From Camelus ferus (Eukaryota), in the NCBI RefSeq assembly GCF_009834535.1, contig NC_045697.1, positions 88,104,001-88,168,000 on the forward strand: DNA of 64,000 bases, written 5' to 3'. The translations under genes and the position numbers were made by a program. The notes under the pieces were generated by a model. That model worked only from the letters and a program-made list of their open reading frames with translations. It ran no database searches and was not told the DNA's origin. Positions 25,880 through 38,580 of this stretch are shown piece by piece (the stretch's first letter is position 1; each line of letters opens with the position of its first letter).

Positions 25880-27745
25880 CAACCTACCTGCTTCTAACCT
25901 AAAATTGTTTTTCTTCCCTCTTGATATCGTAAAGGAAGATTTCCTGCTTCTATCAAGAAGCTATCCCTTGTGCGCCTGGAGTGCCATCCTCTTTTGCTCC
26001 CCAAGGGCTTCTCTGATGCCAGTATCTCTTTTCTTTCTTAATTCATCAGCTTCTTCCTTACTCATCTCCACCTGTACACAAATATGATCTTTTGTCTCCT
26101 ATCTTACAAAATTCTACCCATGGTCCAACATATCCCTCTACATATTATTTTATCACTCTACTTCCATTCTAGAAAAACAACAATAACAACTCCAATGGTA
26201 ATACCTAGTTCCTCTCCCCACTTTGTCACCTCTCACCCTGTACTGAATCTATTCCAGTTGAAGTTCCATGTTCAAAATTCTACTACAGCTGCTCTTGTGA
26301 AAATCACCAGTTACCTCCACATTACAAGATCAGTGCTCTGTTCTTCACTTTATACAAACTTTCAGCAGCATACAGTGGAGCTGAGAAATCATTCCCAGTT
26401 GAAACACTTTCTCCTCTTTGTTTCTATGAGATTATACTCTCCAGGCTTTCTCTTATGGTAAGATCCCCTGATCTGCAGGAATTTAAAATGCTGGCATTCC
26501 CTAGAGCTCAGTCTTTCTCCTCTCCTCTTCTCTCTGCTCTCCTCTCCTCCCTTCCCTTTTTCTATTCTTGTCTCTTTTCTCTGATACTGATTTCATCCAG
26601 TCTATTTTCTTTAACCACCATCTACCTGCTGATAACTCCCAATTATATACATTTAGTCCTGACCTCTTCAATGAGCTTTTACTTCATTTATGCAAATGTC
26701 AACATGTCAGTTTTACTTGAATATTTTTAAACATCACACGTCCAAAGTAGAATTCTTAATTTCCCCTTCTCCAAATCTGTTTGTCCCCTACCTCTTCTTT
26801 TTTTCTTTTTTTGTAAAATTTATCCCAAGAGCTTCCAGTTCTCTCTATAGCCCGTGCTTCGCTTTGTTTTATGTTTGTTTGTTTCTTTGTTTCTTTCTTT
26901 TTTTTGGAAGGGGCAGGTAATTAGATTTACTCATTTATTTATTTACTTTTAGAGGAGGCACTGGGGATTGAACCCAGGACCTCACACATGCTAGGCATGC
27001 ACTGTACCACCTGAGCCCCCCTACCTCTTTTCTAACTTCAAAAAGATAACTTCCTTCATCCAGAATTCCTCTTGTCCCCACTTTCTGCATCTATTCCAAC
27101 AAAAGGATCTGTTAGTTGTCCCTCCAAAATACGACATTCGTCTTTCCAGGTCTTCCCACTTGTATGTCTTTCCTCTCTGTCTGAGATTCCAGCTCATTTC
27201 CCCACTTCTTTTTGATGCTCTCAGTGAGGAATTTACATCAATTTTCAACAAAGCAGACAGAGTGATTTTATTCTCACAAAAGAAAGATCACATCACAGCA
27301 CTTTCCTGCTTAAAACCTACTAATGATTGTGCCTTGTACCTAGATTAACATCTGCACTCTCCATCAGTGCCTACAAGGCTGTGCAGAATCAAGCCCCAAG
27401 TACCTTTCTCTTATAATCTCCTACACTCTCCATCTAAAATGCAATTATCTCACTTTGCTTGAGTGGCTGCTTCATTTTATCCATTTCCTGCCTAAGAGTC
27501 ATCTCCTCAATGAAGAGCTTCCTGACCATTCATTTGAAAGTAGAAGTGTTTGGCACTGTGTTCATTCTCTATCCCATGAGCCTGTGCTTTATTTATAGTT
27601 GTTGCAACTATCCAAATTATCTCACTCATTCTTCCCATGGATATATAAATTTCAAAAGAGTAGAGATTGTGCCAATCTCATTTCTGATGTACTTCCCATG
27701 ACATCAACAATGTCTAGTACATAAGAAATACTCACTGAATGCAGA
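25880..27745 (+). mobile_element. L2 element (degraded), interrupted by a SINE
   Basis: ctgctcttgtgaaaatcaccagttacctcc, ttaaccaccatctacctgctgataactcccaa, gatcacatcacagcactttcctgcttaaaac, and 3' end aaatactcactgaatg. Confidence 0.75.
26797..27017 (-). mobile_element. Camelid vic-1-like tRNA-derived SINE with extra 3' sequence
   Basis: Minus strand: gctcaggtggtacagtgcatgcctagcatgtgtgaggtcctgggttcaatccccagtgcctcc (A/B boxes), taaataaataaa, ctaattacc, A-rich tail. TSD cccctacctctt at 26785-26796 and 27018-27029. Confidence 0.85.
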
Positions 27746-27767
27746 AACAAGTGGTGACAAGAGTTTG

Positions 27768-27856
27768 CAATATTTCTCAAAATGGGGTCCATGGACCCCA
27801 GGGGCCTATAGAAATATTCTTAAGGGTTTATGAGTTCTTAAATTTGAGAAACACAG
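27768..27856. mobile_element. Small hAT-Charlie-type MITE remnant
   Basis: Inverted termini caatatttctcaaa...tttgagaaacacag with internal palindrome ggggtccatggacccc. Confidence 0.55.
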
Positions 27857-27897
27857 TTTTACTTTATAGAGATCTAACAAGAATATAGAGATGGAGA

Positions 27898-28369
27898 AGT
27901 ATATTTATTCCCTAGTGGTATTGTAACAAACTATCATAAACTTGGTGGTTCAAAACAACAAAAATTTATTTTCTGACAATTCTAGAGTCCAAGTCTGAAA
28001 TCAAGGTGTTGGCAGGGCCACACTCCCTCTAAAGACTCTAGGAGAGGCTCCTTCCTTGCTTCCTCCAGCTTCTGGTGGCTCTGAGCTCTTCTTTACTCAT
28101 GGTTGTGTAATTCCAATCTCTGCCTCCATCTTTACATGGACTTTTCCTCTTCTCTGTAGGTCACTGCTTTGTGTGTCTCTTATAAAGATACTTGTCCTTA
28201 TAAGGACAAGTGGATTTAAGACCCATCTGCTTAATCCAAAACGATTTCATCTTAATGTTCTTAATTATATTCGCAAAAAAGCTTTTTTTTTTCCCCCAAA
28301 TAAGGTTACATTCACAGGTCCTGGGACATGATTATATCTTTTGGGAGGCCCACCATTCAGCCAGCTACA
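27898..28369 (-). mobile_element. MLT1C-like MaLR solo LTR
   Basis: gtaacaaactatcataaacttggtgg..aaacaac...aagtctgaaatcaaggtgttggcagggccacactccctct...caccattcagccagctaca. Confidence 0.85.
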
Positions 28370-29369
28370 GAAAGTGATGTTATATTTTAGAATTTAGGCA
28401 GTCCAATCTGACCATGATGTGCAGTTGTCCTAAATGGGCAATAAGTAGTGATGGAGGCTACCAGGCTATTTCAAAGTGTAAGGCAATGATGACCTGAAAT
28501 AATTCTGTGGCATAAAGCACAATAAGGAGGAGGGCTGAATTTAAAACACATTTATTAGGTGAAAAGCAACGTGATCTTTAGAACACTCTTCCTACAGAAA
28601 TTCTTATACCTTTTGGAAATTTTTATTATTTCATTTATTCTGTAATTAGTACCTGCTATCCCTCATCCTGCTATAATGACAGCAGTGAGAACAAACCTGG
28701 ACAACTGGAAAGAATGTAAAAAGTTCAGCAAAGAGCATCATGGAAGCAGCACCACCAAAACCAGGCCATGTTTTTAGTAACAGAAATTGCCTTTAAAGAT
28801 TGAAGTTATTTCTCTGTTATATTCAGGCCACACTTCCATTAGTAGATGTATTTTGGATAAACCCATTGCTTTGTTTTTTTCTACATATCATCCTTCTTTG
28901 TGTTATGAAAGTTGCCCATGCAGATTGAAGAAAATTTGGTGACTGCTAAAATATTTTTTAAAAAATTGATTATTACAACAATATTACAATTACCCAGAGT
29001 GAACCAATATTTTTTTCTATAAAAATAAAGTCACTCTCCATCTGTTTCCCTATTTATTTTCACACTATGCAAAATGGATGTTAAAATGGCACCAAGCTTT
29101 AATTATCAGGGTGTATGTGAAATATACTGTGGAGCAGCTCAAGTGGAACATCTCAAAGAAGGACATCATCCATATCAGCTAAAACTTAGTTCACATTTTA
29201 ACCTGATTGGAGGATATGTTTGGATTTGTCTGCATTAATACAATAGTCAAGTGGAATGTATAACCTTGACTTGAAATTTCTATGGCAGGTTAAAAGCTAG
29301 ACCATCACCCCTCAGAAGCAAAAACTGATATAAAATGAGCAGGGTACCTATTGTCAATTAGGAGACACC

Positions 29370-31025
29370 ACCACTTACAATAGCATCAACAAATACTTAG
29401 GAACAAATTTAACAAAATAAATATAAAACTTATACTCTGAAAACTAAAAAAATACTGTTGAAAGATATTCAAATAACCAAAATAAATTGAAAGACATCCC
29501 ATGTTCATGAATTGGAACAACTAATATTGTTAAGGCAGCAATTCTTCTTAAATTGACCCACAGATTCAACACAATCTCTATAAAAATTCCAGCAGACTTC
29601 TTTATAGAAATAGACAAACTGACTCTAACATTCGTGTGGAAATTCAAGGGACAGAGAGTAGGAAAAAAAACTTTTAAAACAAAAACTAAATTAGAGAACA
29701 CAGAGTTCCCAATTTCAAAACTTACTAATGAATATTTTATAGCAATCCAGACTGTGGTAATGGAATAAAGATAGACATATAGATCAATGGAAAAGAATTG
29801 ATAGTCCAGAAAGAAACCCTCGTATATACAGTCAATTCTTTTTTTCTTTTTTTCTTTTTTGGCTGAGGTGTCCAGGCAAATAAGTGGGAAAAGAATGTCT
29901 TTTCAACAAATGGTATTGGAAAATGGATACCCACATGAAAAGGACTTATGTTTGGATCACTAGCTCATATATATATAATTTCAAAATTAATCAAAAGTCT
30001 AAATGTGAGAGCTAAAACTATAAAACTCTTAGGAAAAATGCAGGGGTATATCTCTGTAACCTTGAATTACGCAGTTTCTTAGATATGACACTAAAAGCAC
30101 AAGCAACACAAGAAATAATAGATAAATAAGGTATTATAAAAATGATATCCTTTAAAAAAAGCTTTGTTCTTCAAAGGACAACATCAAGAAAGTGAAAAGA
30201 CAGTGCATAGACTGGGAGAAAACATTTGCAGAATATCTGTATGATAAGGGACTTGTATCTATAATACATAAAGCATCCTCACAACTCAATAAGATAAATA
30301 ACCCAATTGAAAAAAGAGGAGTGAACCCATACAATGACCAAAAAGCACAAAAAAAGAAATTCGACATCATTATCTATCAAATAAATGCAAATCAGAATCC
30401 CTGTGATACACTATCACATCCATTAGGGTGGCTGTAATTAAAAAGGCAGATAACAAAATGTGTTGGCAAGGATGTGGAAAAAGTGGACCCCTCATTCACT
30501 GGTGGTAGGAATGTAAAATGGTTCTCTGGAAAATAGTCTGGAATTGCTCAAATGATTAAATATACAGTTACGATATGATCTAGAAATTCTACTCCTAGGT
30601 GTATACTCACGAGAACTGAAAACATATATCATGAAAATTCAAAGAACCATTATTGTAGATGAATATTTATAGATACAAGTTTATAATAGCCAGAAGTGAA
30701 AACAATCCAAATATTCCTCAACTGAAGAATAGATTTAAGATGTGGTTCTACCTATATAATAGAATATTATTCAGCTCTATAAAGCCACAAAGTAGTGATA
30801 CATGCTACATGGATGAACCTTAAAAACACTGTAAGTTAAAGAAGGCAGTCACAATGGAGAGTGATGGTTGAAGTGTGTGGAGTTTCTTTGGGGAGTATTA
30901 ATCTGTTCTAAAATCAGCTGTCGTGAAGGACCCACAACTCAGTACATGAAAGCCATTGAATCATATACTTTAAAAGGGTACATTTCACGGTATGTGAATT
31001 ATATCTGAATAAAGATGTTTAAAAA
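29370..31025 (+). mobile_element. L1MB-like element, ORF2 3' half plus 3' UTR
   Basis: ORF2 remnants RFNTISIKIPADFFIEIDKLTLTFVWK (29553-29768) and KRQCIDWEKTFAEYLYDKGLVSII (30192-30437); end gtgaattatatctgaataaa. Confidence 0.9.
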
Positions 31026-31094
31026 CAAAGCAACAAGATAACAGCTGCCACTGTTGCCTACTATGTGTGATTTTAACCATAGGAGTGGAGGAGG

Positions 31095-31500
31095 GGGCTG
31101 GTTCGTTTCAGAGAACAGAAACCTCCCAGGTATTTCAAATGAAATGGATTTAATACAGGGAGTTAGATGCATATAAAACTGTTGGAAGGACTAGAGAGGT
31201 AAATGTGAGGTCACAGATGCAACCGTGATCCAGAAAGTCAGGAAGTTGCTGCCACTAGAGGTCAGGAAAATGCAAAAAATAATTGCTAGTGTCTCAGCTT
31301 CTCCCACACCCCAAAAGTGAGTGATTGGCAGCCAAATGGATTCAGACTGCCATAGTAAGAACTCACATGCCAGCGCTATGTGATTCTCACCTCTGGCAAA
31401 GAAAAATTGGGGGTTTTTTTGTTCTGCTTTGCAAATTGCATGCTAGCCCATCCTGTTGGCAGAATCTAAACCATATCCAGAAACATGGAAGCATGCTGTG
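31095..31500. mobile_element. Ancient LTR78/LTR79-like fragment
   Basis: gaacagaaacctcccaggtatttcaaa..ggatttaatacagggagttag..; ttggcagaatctaa. Confidence 0.5.
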
Positions 31501-33608
31501 GCCATTAAACAAACAAACAAATAAATAAATACATTAAGATAAATAATAAGGGCACTTATCTAAAGACCAGAATAACAAGGATGCCAGTGGAACTGTAAAT
31601 GGTAATGTAATTCCAAATTGAACTGAGGTTGTATTCATTTGAGTTATTCAGAGCCTTGTCAGAGGAGTTTACAGGCTAATTCTTCCAGGGACACAAAAGC
31701 CCCAGATTCAATCTAGGAATGCTTTATCCTTATCTTAGAAGAATAGATTTAAATGTCATTAATTTCCCCTGATGATTCAGAGTTGATTTTTATTTAGGTC
31801 TCTGTTAATGCCAAACAAACAATCCACACTACTCTCAAATCTGTTAGTCATGATTTGCATAGCTTTAAGTGGTGTTACCACCTGCAGTAAACTATTCTTT
31901 TTAGTTCTTTGCAGTGCCTGGGGGTGTTTGTGTCCCAGCTGCCATCTGGCAGTCATTGCTAAGCCAGTGGTCTCTTTTTTCCTTCAAATTGTCATCATGG
32001 GAAAGTGCAGTGTTCATATGAATGCCTGTTCTATAAATGAATGGAAAGAAGCAACTATGCTCAAAGTTTAAAATATGAACATAAATGAGATTACTTTTAG
32101 AAGAATTTAATAGAATTTGAGTAAGAGCTCTAGATTTACACACAACTTCCCAACTTACATGTAATCACCAAACATTCATACATCCTGTTTTATTTTCATT
32201 GCCTTTAGGTAATTCATTGGCTCTCAGTCACTTGATTTCTATTTATTTCTTTCCTTCAGTCATTCACCCATACACCCTCTGACCTTCCGTTTTAATATCT
32301 CCTTCCTACTTGGGTGTGTTTGGCTTGCCTGTGTGGTTCTAATCTTTAGTAAGCAGATGATTTTCTCAGTAGGATGCTTTTTAGTATTTCCCTGACATTG
32401 TTTAGCATCCTATCCAGAGTGTCAGCTTGCATCCTTGTAGCTCTGATACACAATAGACTATACTCTTGGGTAAGGTGGGAAGGAAACCCTTGTCTGGTAA
32501 GCAGAGACATAAATACCAGGGCGGACTTAAGGGTGGTAGTGATGTTAACTATCTGGTGCAGCTTTTGATCCTACCTGTTTGTGCCAGGGGGATAATAAGA
32601 CAAAAGAATGAATGAAGCAGAAGGAAAATCAGAGTTAGCTCTGTTTGTGAAGAGGTGTTAATTAATGGTTTCCTACATAGAGAACTGGCAGGCAGAACTT
32701 TTGATCTTGGCAGATCCTAAGAAAAGGACTGTGAATTAAAGTTGCAGATTGTAAGCACCTAAACAAGGGCTACATCTTTGTGACTGGCCTTGTTCCGCCT
32801 AGGGCCATGCTTGGGTGGTCACTCAGTAATAACTAGTGACTGATGCGGTAGAAGGCTTCCAGCTGACTCTGAGGCTGCATCCGATGAGACCAGAATCTGT
32901 GCTGCTTAGACAGTGCCCTAGGTTTCTCTCTCAACCTGGAAGCAAATGATGCTGCCTATAGTTATATAAAATTTTATTTATGAGATTAAAATTGATCAAT
33001 ATGATTCAATCTGCTGCCAGCACCAGTGAATAAAGATATTAAAGGTAATGAAGAAAATTAAGAAATCATAAGGGGAAGAAAGTTACAAAAAATATTATGA
33101 GAGAAAAATTTCCAGTTGCCTGTCATATTCTTCCAATGCTAACTTATTCATCCATTGCCACGTGCTTTATTTTGTCATATACTTGCCAGTCAAACGTGCA
33201 AAATTGTGACCATCTTGATGCTGGAGGAAATTAGATTCATATGCTATGATACAGACTAGAGAATTTGGACTAGTCTAGACTATTTTAAACACAACCTATG
33301 CTAAATGCCAGTCATGGGTCCACAATAAAGAGCAGAACAGTGAGGGGAATTTTGAATAGTAGAACACATAGTTCAGGCAGAGATTTAGTGAAAGATAAAT
33401 CCACAGACAAAAGGCCCCCAGTTTCTTTATTGTCTTCTATCTTATCACTCTCATGTGTTTCACCTTTGCTTCCAACATGCTGACTTCTTGGAAACAGGTC
33501 TTGAAGAATAGATACGATTTGAATAGGCAGAAACAAGATGGGAAATGCTTCTGGAGAGAACAACCTGTACAAAATGAGGATGATAATTAGTCAAGCAAAC
33601 CAGAATGG

Positions 33609-34108
33609 TGAAGGGAATCACAATATGTGACCTTAAAATATTCCTCTGACATAAATAATTGTTTTGAGCTGAAGGCAATTAAGAAGCAGCAAATGCAGCA
33701 AAACTCTCTCTACTCTCTCCCTTTTCTGCCTAGAGGCAGGATATAAATTCTCCTCTTACTGGAGATAGATTTTTAACAGCCCAGAAGCACCAAAGTGATT
33801 TGCAAACAAACCTTACTACATTAGACTCCTCCGATATAGTCACCTTCCTACAGATGCCGCCCTTGGAAGAGTAAAACTGCTTTTCTTTCTCCTGTCATTT
33901 CTCTACAAGTGTATTGTTCTTTGCTGAAGATGCTATAGAAAGCCAGAGTTCTAGCCATCACTCTGAGTTTACTTTTGGCAATATTTCTCCCATGTGCACA
34001 GCAAACATTCATAAACTGCCTGTTTTTCTCCTGTTAATCTTGTCTTTTTGTTAAAGATCCCAGCTAAAAGCCCAAGAAGGGTAGAGGTAAAGTTTTACTT
34101 CTCCTACA
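33609..34108 (+). mobile_element. MER34-family ERV1 solo LTR
   Basis: tgaagggaatcacaatatg...ttttgagctgaaggcaatt...tgtttttctcctgttaatct...ttctcctaca, with TG...CA termini. Confidence 0.8.
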
Positions 34109-34109
34109 G

Positions 34110-35170
34110 TGTTCAGAATACAGGATATGTAAGAAAGGAAAGAGGTACAACCTTGGCAAGGTGGTTTTAGATTATGTTATGGGTGGGGAGAAGATGTAGT
34201 AGGGTAGAAGTTAAATCCTCAATTGAGGGATTTAAACTTAATTTAATATGCAATGAGGAGCCATTAAATAAAGGTTTCAACCGTAGGGAAGTGATCGGGC
34301 AAGAGTTGTGCTTTCAGAAGTTTACTCTAATTGTGGTATTTACTCATTCCATCTATTTGTTTACCAATTATTTTAATAATAAAGTCATCTACAATAAATG
34401 CTGTGAAAGATAAAAAGTATGACATGATAAACCTTCTGCTTTAATGAGAGTGCAATTCAGAGAGATGTTACAAAGCGTACACTTTGGCTGAGCTGCCCAA
34501 TACAAGTAATAAGTACCCTAAATGTATGGAAGGACCTGAGAGGAGGGAGAAACTGCTTCTGGCCATTGAAAAGACCGATTAGGAGGCTAAGACCAGAGGC
34601 CAAGTAAGAAGAATTTAAACCACCAGAGTAACTGCAGTAGGAGTAGAGAGTCCAGAGAGAACCGATGCTGTAAAAGTAAACCTAAGAGACGTGATCACGA
34701 TATTGGTTAGTGAGATAATGGGAGTAAGAGTCAAATGACTGAATTTTTCAAGCCTGGATAACCAGGATCCATCCATTCATTCTCCTGTTCATTAGTTTGG
34801 CACACATTTATACAATGGTGACTGTGTGCCAGCTTGGTCAGTTGTTAGGAGAGAAGGATGAGTAAACCAGTCCCCATGGCACTTACTGTCTAGTAGGGGA
34901 ATGACAACGTAAACAGAGAAAGTGCTGTGTGATCAAAACAGGAAACCAGGAGGGCAGGTTGATTTTAAAAAGGGATTTCATTTATTTTATAATATTTTGA
35001 GTTTGAGAAGATAATGAGGTATGCGTTTAGACAGAAAGGAGGCCCAGAGAGATACCCTGTGATTTGTCCAGTGGAAATGGTTCAACCCATGAGAATAAAT
35101 GGGCTCACTAAAGGAGAAAGTACAGAAAAGCAAAAAATAGGTTTTTAGCACAGAATCTTAGGAAATATGG
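34110..35170 (-). mobile_element. L2 fragments
   Basis: gcaatgaggagccattaa, catccattcattc, gtgactgtgtgccag; purine-rich antisense L2 texture. Confidence 0.5.
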
Positions 35171-35279
35171 TCCTGGGACTCATATATCCTCTAAGCCTAA
35201 TTAGATGGTGTGTCCTTTATCAGTTACCAACTCGTGATGTAGTTGGACTCCTTTAAAAAACTTTTTAAAAGAAAAAAGA

Positions 35280-35334
35280 GCACAACATTGTAAACTGACT
35301 ATACTTAAATTATATATACATATATATGGATTTT
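35280..35334 (+). mobile_element. Ultra-short L1 3' tail
   Basis: cacaacattgtaaactgactatactt plus a TA-rich tail, inserted at a ttttt|aaaa site with an A-rich imperfect TSD. Confidence 0.6.
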
Positions 35335-37711
35335 AAAAGTAAAATAAAGACCATATTTAGGAAATGGAATGTTAAATGAGTCAATTAAGGACACAAAAGA
35401 AGAGGGATTAAAAATTTGGAAACATCATGGATGCCACAAATATCAAAGAAACTATTTTTTTAGAAAACAACAATCAAGGAGCTCACCTTGTTTGGTGCAA
35501 CAGAGAATGTGGGAAGACTGACACACATGGCAGTTACAAAACTGTGGTTGGGACAGAAGCTAGACTGAGGGCCAACATTAGGTGTGGAAGGAAGCAGAGA
35601 GACTGTATAAGAGCTTGAAAGAGAAAGATAAATTATCAGAAAGTTGTTTTAAGACTAATAGTCATATATGCTCACCAGTGTGTAGAAATTTTTAGAGTCA
35701 AAAAGGAGGAGAAAGCAAAATGAGGAAACAGCTAGTCAGTCAGAGGAAGTGTGAGAGGGTGAGACTGAGCACACACACAGCCTTGGCAAAGGAGACGGGA
35801 ACCCTTTCCTCAGACGTGTGTTAAGTTTGCAGAAAGAGACAGTAAGACCCAAAGTATAGGAGCAGGGGAAGGAAACTGCCGTCAGATAGTCTTGATATTC
35901 TGGATAACTTACAAGGAGAATGATACACTGATTTAGAAAGTGTTGGGTGAAGCTTCTAAATATGAAGAATGAAGACAATTTGAAATAACTGTGATAGCAA
36001 ATGCAATTATGATTCAACAAAGCTGATGATTCAAATGATTGTTCAGCAGCCAAAAGGCTCAGTTGAAATCAGAGAGCATTTATCTGGAGTGGACCGATGT
36101 AGACGACTTTATGATGTCCTCTAAGAATCATGGGCTGCCTTGCAGCGGAGGAAAAGGTCTGGGTGATCCCCGTTCCCCTTTCTCATATTCTACCAAGCGT
36201 GCTGCTGGCAGGGGCGAGGGTGATCCATCTGGTGTCAGATGAGATACAAAGGGTTTTTCTCTTCATGTTCTCCATGGTTTGTTTTACCTCTTGAATGAAA
36301 AGAAGCTGTATGCCAAAGTGAAGAAAGCAAAGTCACCAAAACACAAGCCCACTCATCTATCACTGACAGTGTTTCAGACTTATTCAACCCAGTTGTCATG
36401 CTGATGACTGTGGATAGAATTGCCAGAAACCTGAGGAGAAAAATTCTCAGAAAGTTAGACCAAGTGGGAGTAATTCATTTTCCCAAACATGGGGCTAAAT
36501 ATCTCTCCAGGAGCAGTAGGAGGTCACACTCGACCTTCAGAAACTCTCTGTACTGCATGTCAGGAGCCCCAAGTACGTTCTGCCACTTTTCTGATCCCTC
36601 CTGAGGGAGCCTGGAAGACTCGGTGCCAGTCAGTGCCAGTTGGTTCTTATAGACATCCCCAGCGCCGGCCTTTTGTGGATTTATATAATGTAAAGGGGTT
36701 GACCTTTATGAGGCAGGGTGGTGACTCAGATCTAGGCTCAGCCTCAGAACCCAAATGGGAACAGGGACAATGTAGTCTTCAAGTGTCAGGAGAGAATGAG
36801 TCAAAAATATGTAATTCGTGTAATAATTTAGACAGTAAAATAGCCCAACAAAATAGGTTGTTTAAAAAAAAAAAAAAAAACTTTAAGGGAGACCTATTAT
36901 GACAATACAAGCCTGAAGGCAGGTACATAATCATTGTAATCCAACCACTTAAAATTAGGAGAAATCTCTCACCAGAGAATTTTTTAACTACTGTCTTCCC
37001 CGCTTTTACAATTTATTTTGCTGTTGGTCAAGTTCCTAAGTTAGGCAGAATTATTCAAGCTCAGCTCTGTTCTCTCACAAGCAAAGGGTCTGTTGAAAGG
37101 ATGCCATAATAAAGCAAAGATAGGGCTCCTTTGTGCCTTTTGACGGAGTGAGACAGAATGGCATCAGATTGGGGATAACTTTAAGCGCTATCACTGCTAC
37201 ATGAGGAGATAAAACAGAAAGCAGTCAGTGTCTGAGTTGTTTTGAAGCAGGAGCCTGTACTTGAGCAACGAATATTTGTAACTGGAACCGACTATAGTCT
37301 GAACCAAGAACTGCCATTGGCCGTGAGTAATGAATTCTGTGCATGAGGTCTGTGTTATTGCCTCTGCTCCCCAGTATCTTGGTTCCAAGGAATATGCTGT
37401 TGGATTTAAGCACATTTATGAAAGAATAGTGTAGTATAACTTTCTAGGACTGATGGAGACAAGGAAAAGGAGGGCCTGAAGTATGAAGCACTCTCAGCCA
37501 GAAGGGTGGAAAGGAAGCGGTCCAATATGTGTTAATGACTTTATGTGTCTGACTGTCTCTGATATATTATGTCATCATAAGTATGCAACTTAAGTATATT
37601 AAGCTAATTTTTTAAATAATGAAACTAACCCTAAGTATTTAAGAACCTTGCTCAATCACACAGTTGAAAATAGCAAAGCCAGTAGCTGAACTCATCAAAT
37701 TTATCCTTGCT

Positions 37712-37897
37712 TGGTTTGTCTCAAAAATGGACTTTGGACCAGCAGCACTGGCATCACCTGGAGATTTGGCAGCAATGAAAATTCGCAGGCCCCATCCCAG
37801 ACCCACTGAGTTAGAAACTTTGAGTGGGGCTTCACCATCTGTGGTTTAACAAGCTCTCCAGGCAATTCTGATGAATACGAAAGTTTGAGAGTCACTG
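37712..37897 (+). mobile_element. MER5A hAT-Charlie
   Basis: ggaccagcagcactggcatcacctgg...ccccatcccagacc...tttaacaagctctccagg...aaagtttgagagtcactg. Confidence 0.85.
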
Positions 37898-38399
37898 AAC
37901 TAGTGAAAAAGCCCATGTTCCCTCCCAGTTTGCCGCTCTCTCCCCACTATGTAAGAATATTAAGAATTGGTGTATTAAACTGATCTGTATTGAGAACATT
38001 ATGTCCATATAATGTGTATACAATTTTATCATCTGCTTAGCCATTTATTTATGAATTCATTTATTCATTCATTCAACAAGTACTATATAGAATGTTTAAT
38101 ACTGACAATAGGTAAATAAAAGATTAACTCTCTGATGTTAGAGAAATAGGGCAGGCACACAGGAAACAGTTATGTAACAACATAGGCACTGTTCAGTAAC
38201 TCAGGATTTGGGATGAGAAGATGAAATTGTCATAGTAGGACCTCATGGAGAACACTGGACTCTAGCATGATCTTGGGAGAATGATAATATAGAAAGGTGG
38301 TGGTGATGCTGGGGGGTGGGGGGTATTCTGGGGGGATAAAAGCCTAAAAAAATATGTTTGATAATTTCCAGAGCAATATCCTGTTTTCTTAGATAAGAA

Positions 38400-38580
38400 A
38401 ATTGCCTCAGTGGTTTAAGTCATCTCCTGGTGACTGAAGTATAAAGAATCTTGGCATCAGGATGAGGAGACCTGGATTTTATCTTCTCACAGCTGGTGAC
38501 ATTTGTCAAACCTTGCATTTCCTCATTTGTAAAACAGAACCTTCTAACAAAATTGTAAAGAGTAAAGATTAAAGGAAATA
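38400..38580 (+). mobile_element. MIR
   Basis: agtggtttaag...gagacctggattt...tttcctcatttgtaaaa. Confidence 0.6.

Noticed and set aside
26955..27017. tRNA-like sequence with B box GGTTCAATCC
   Set aside because: SINE head: 5'-truncated, followed by a SINE tail and flanked by a TSD; not a tRNA gene.
29553..30437. ORFs with convincing protein-like sequence
   Set aside because: Broken L1 ORF2 fragments separated by stops and frameshifts.
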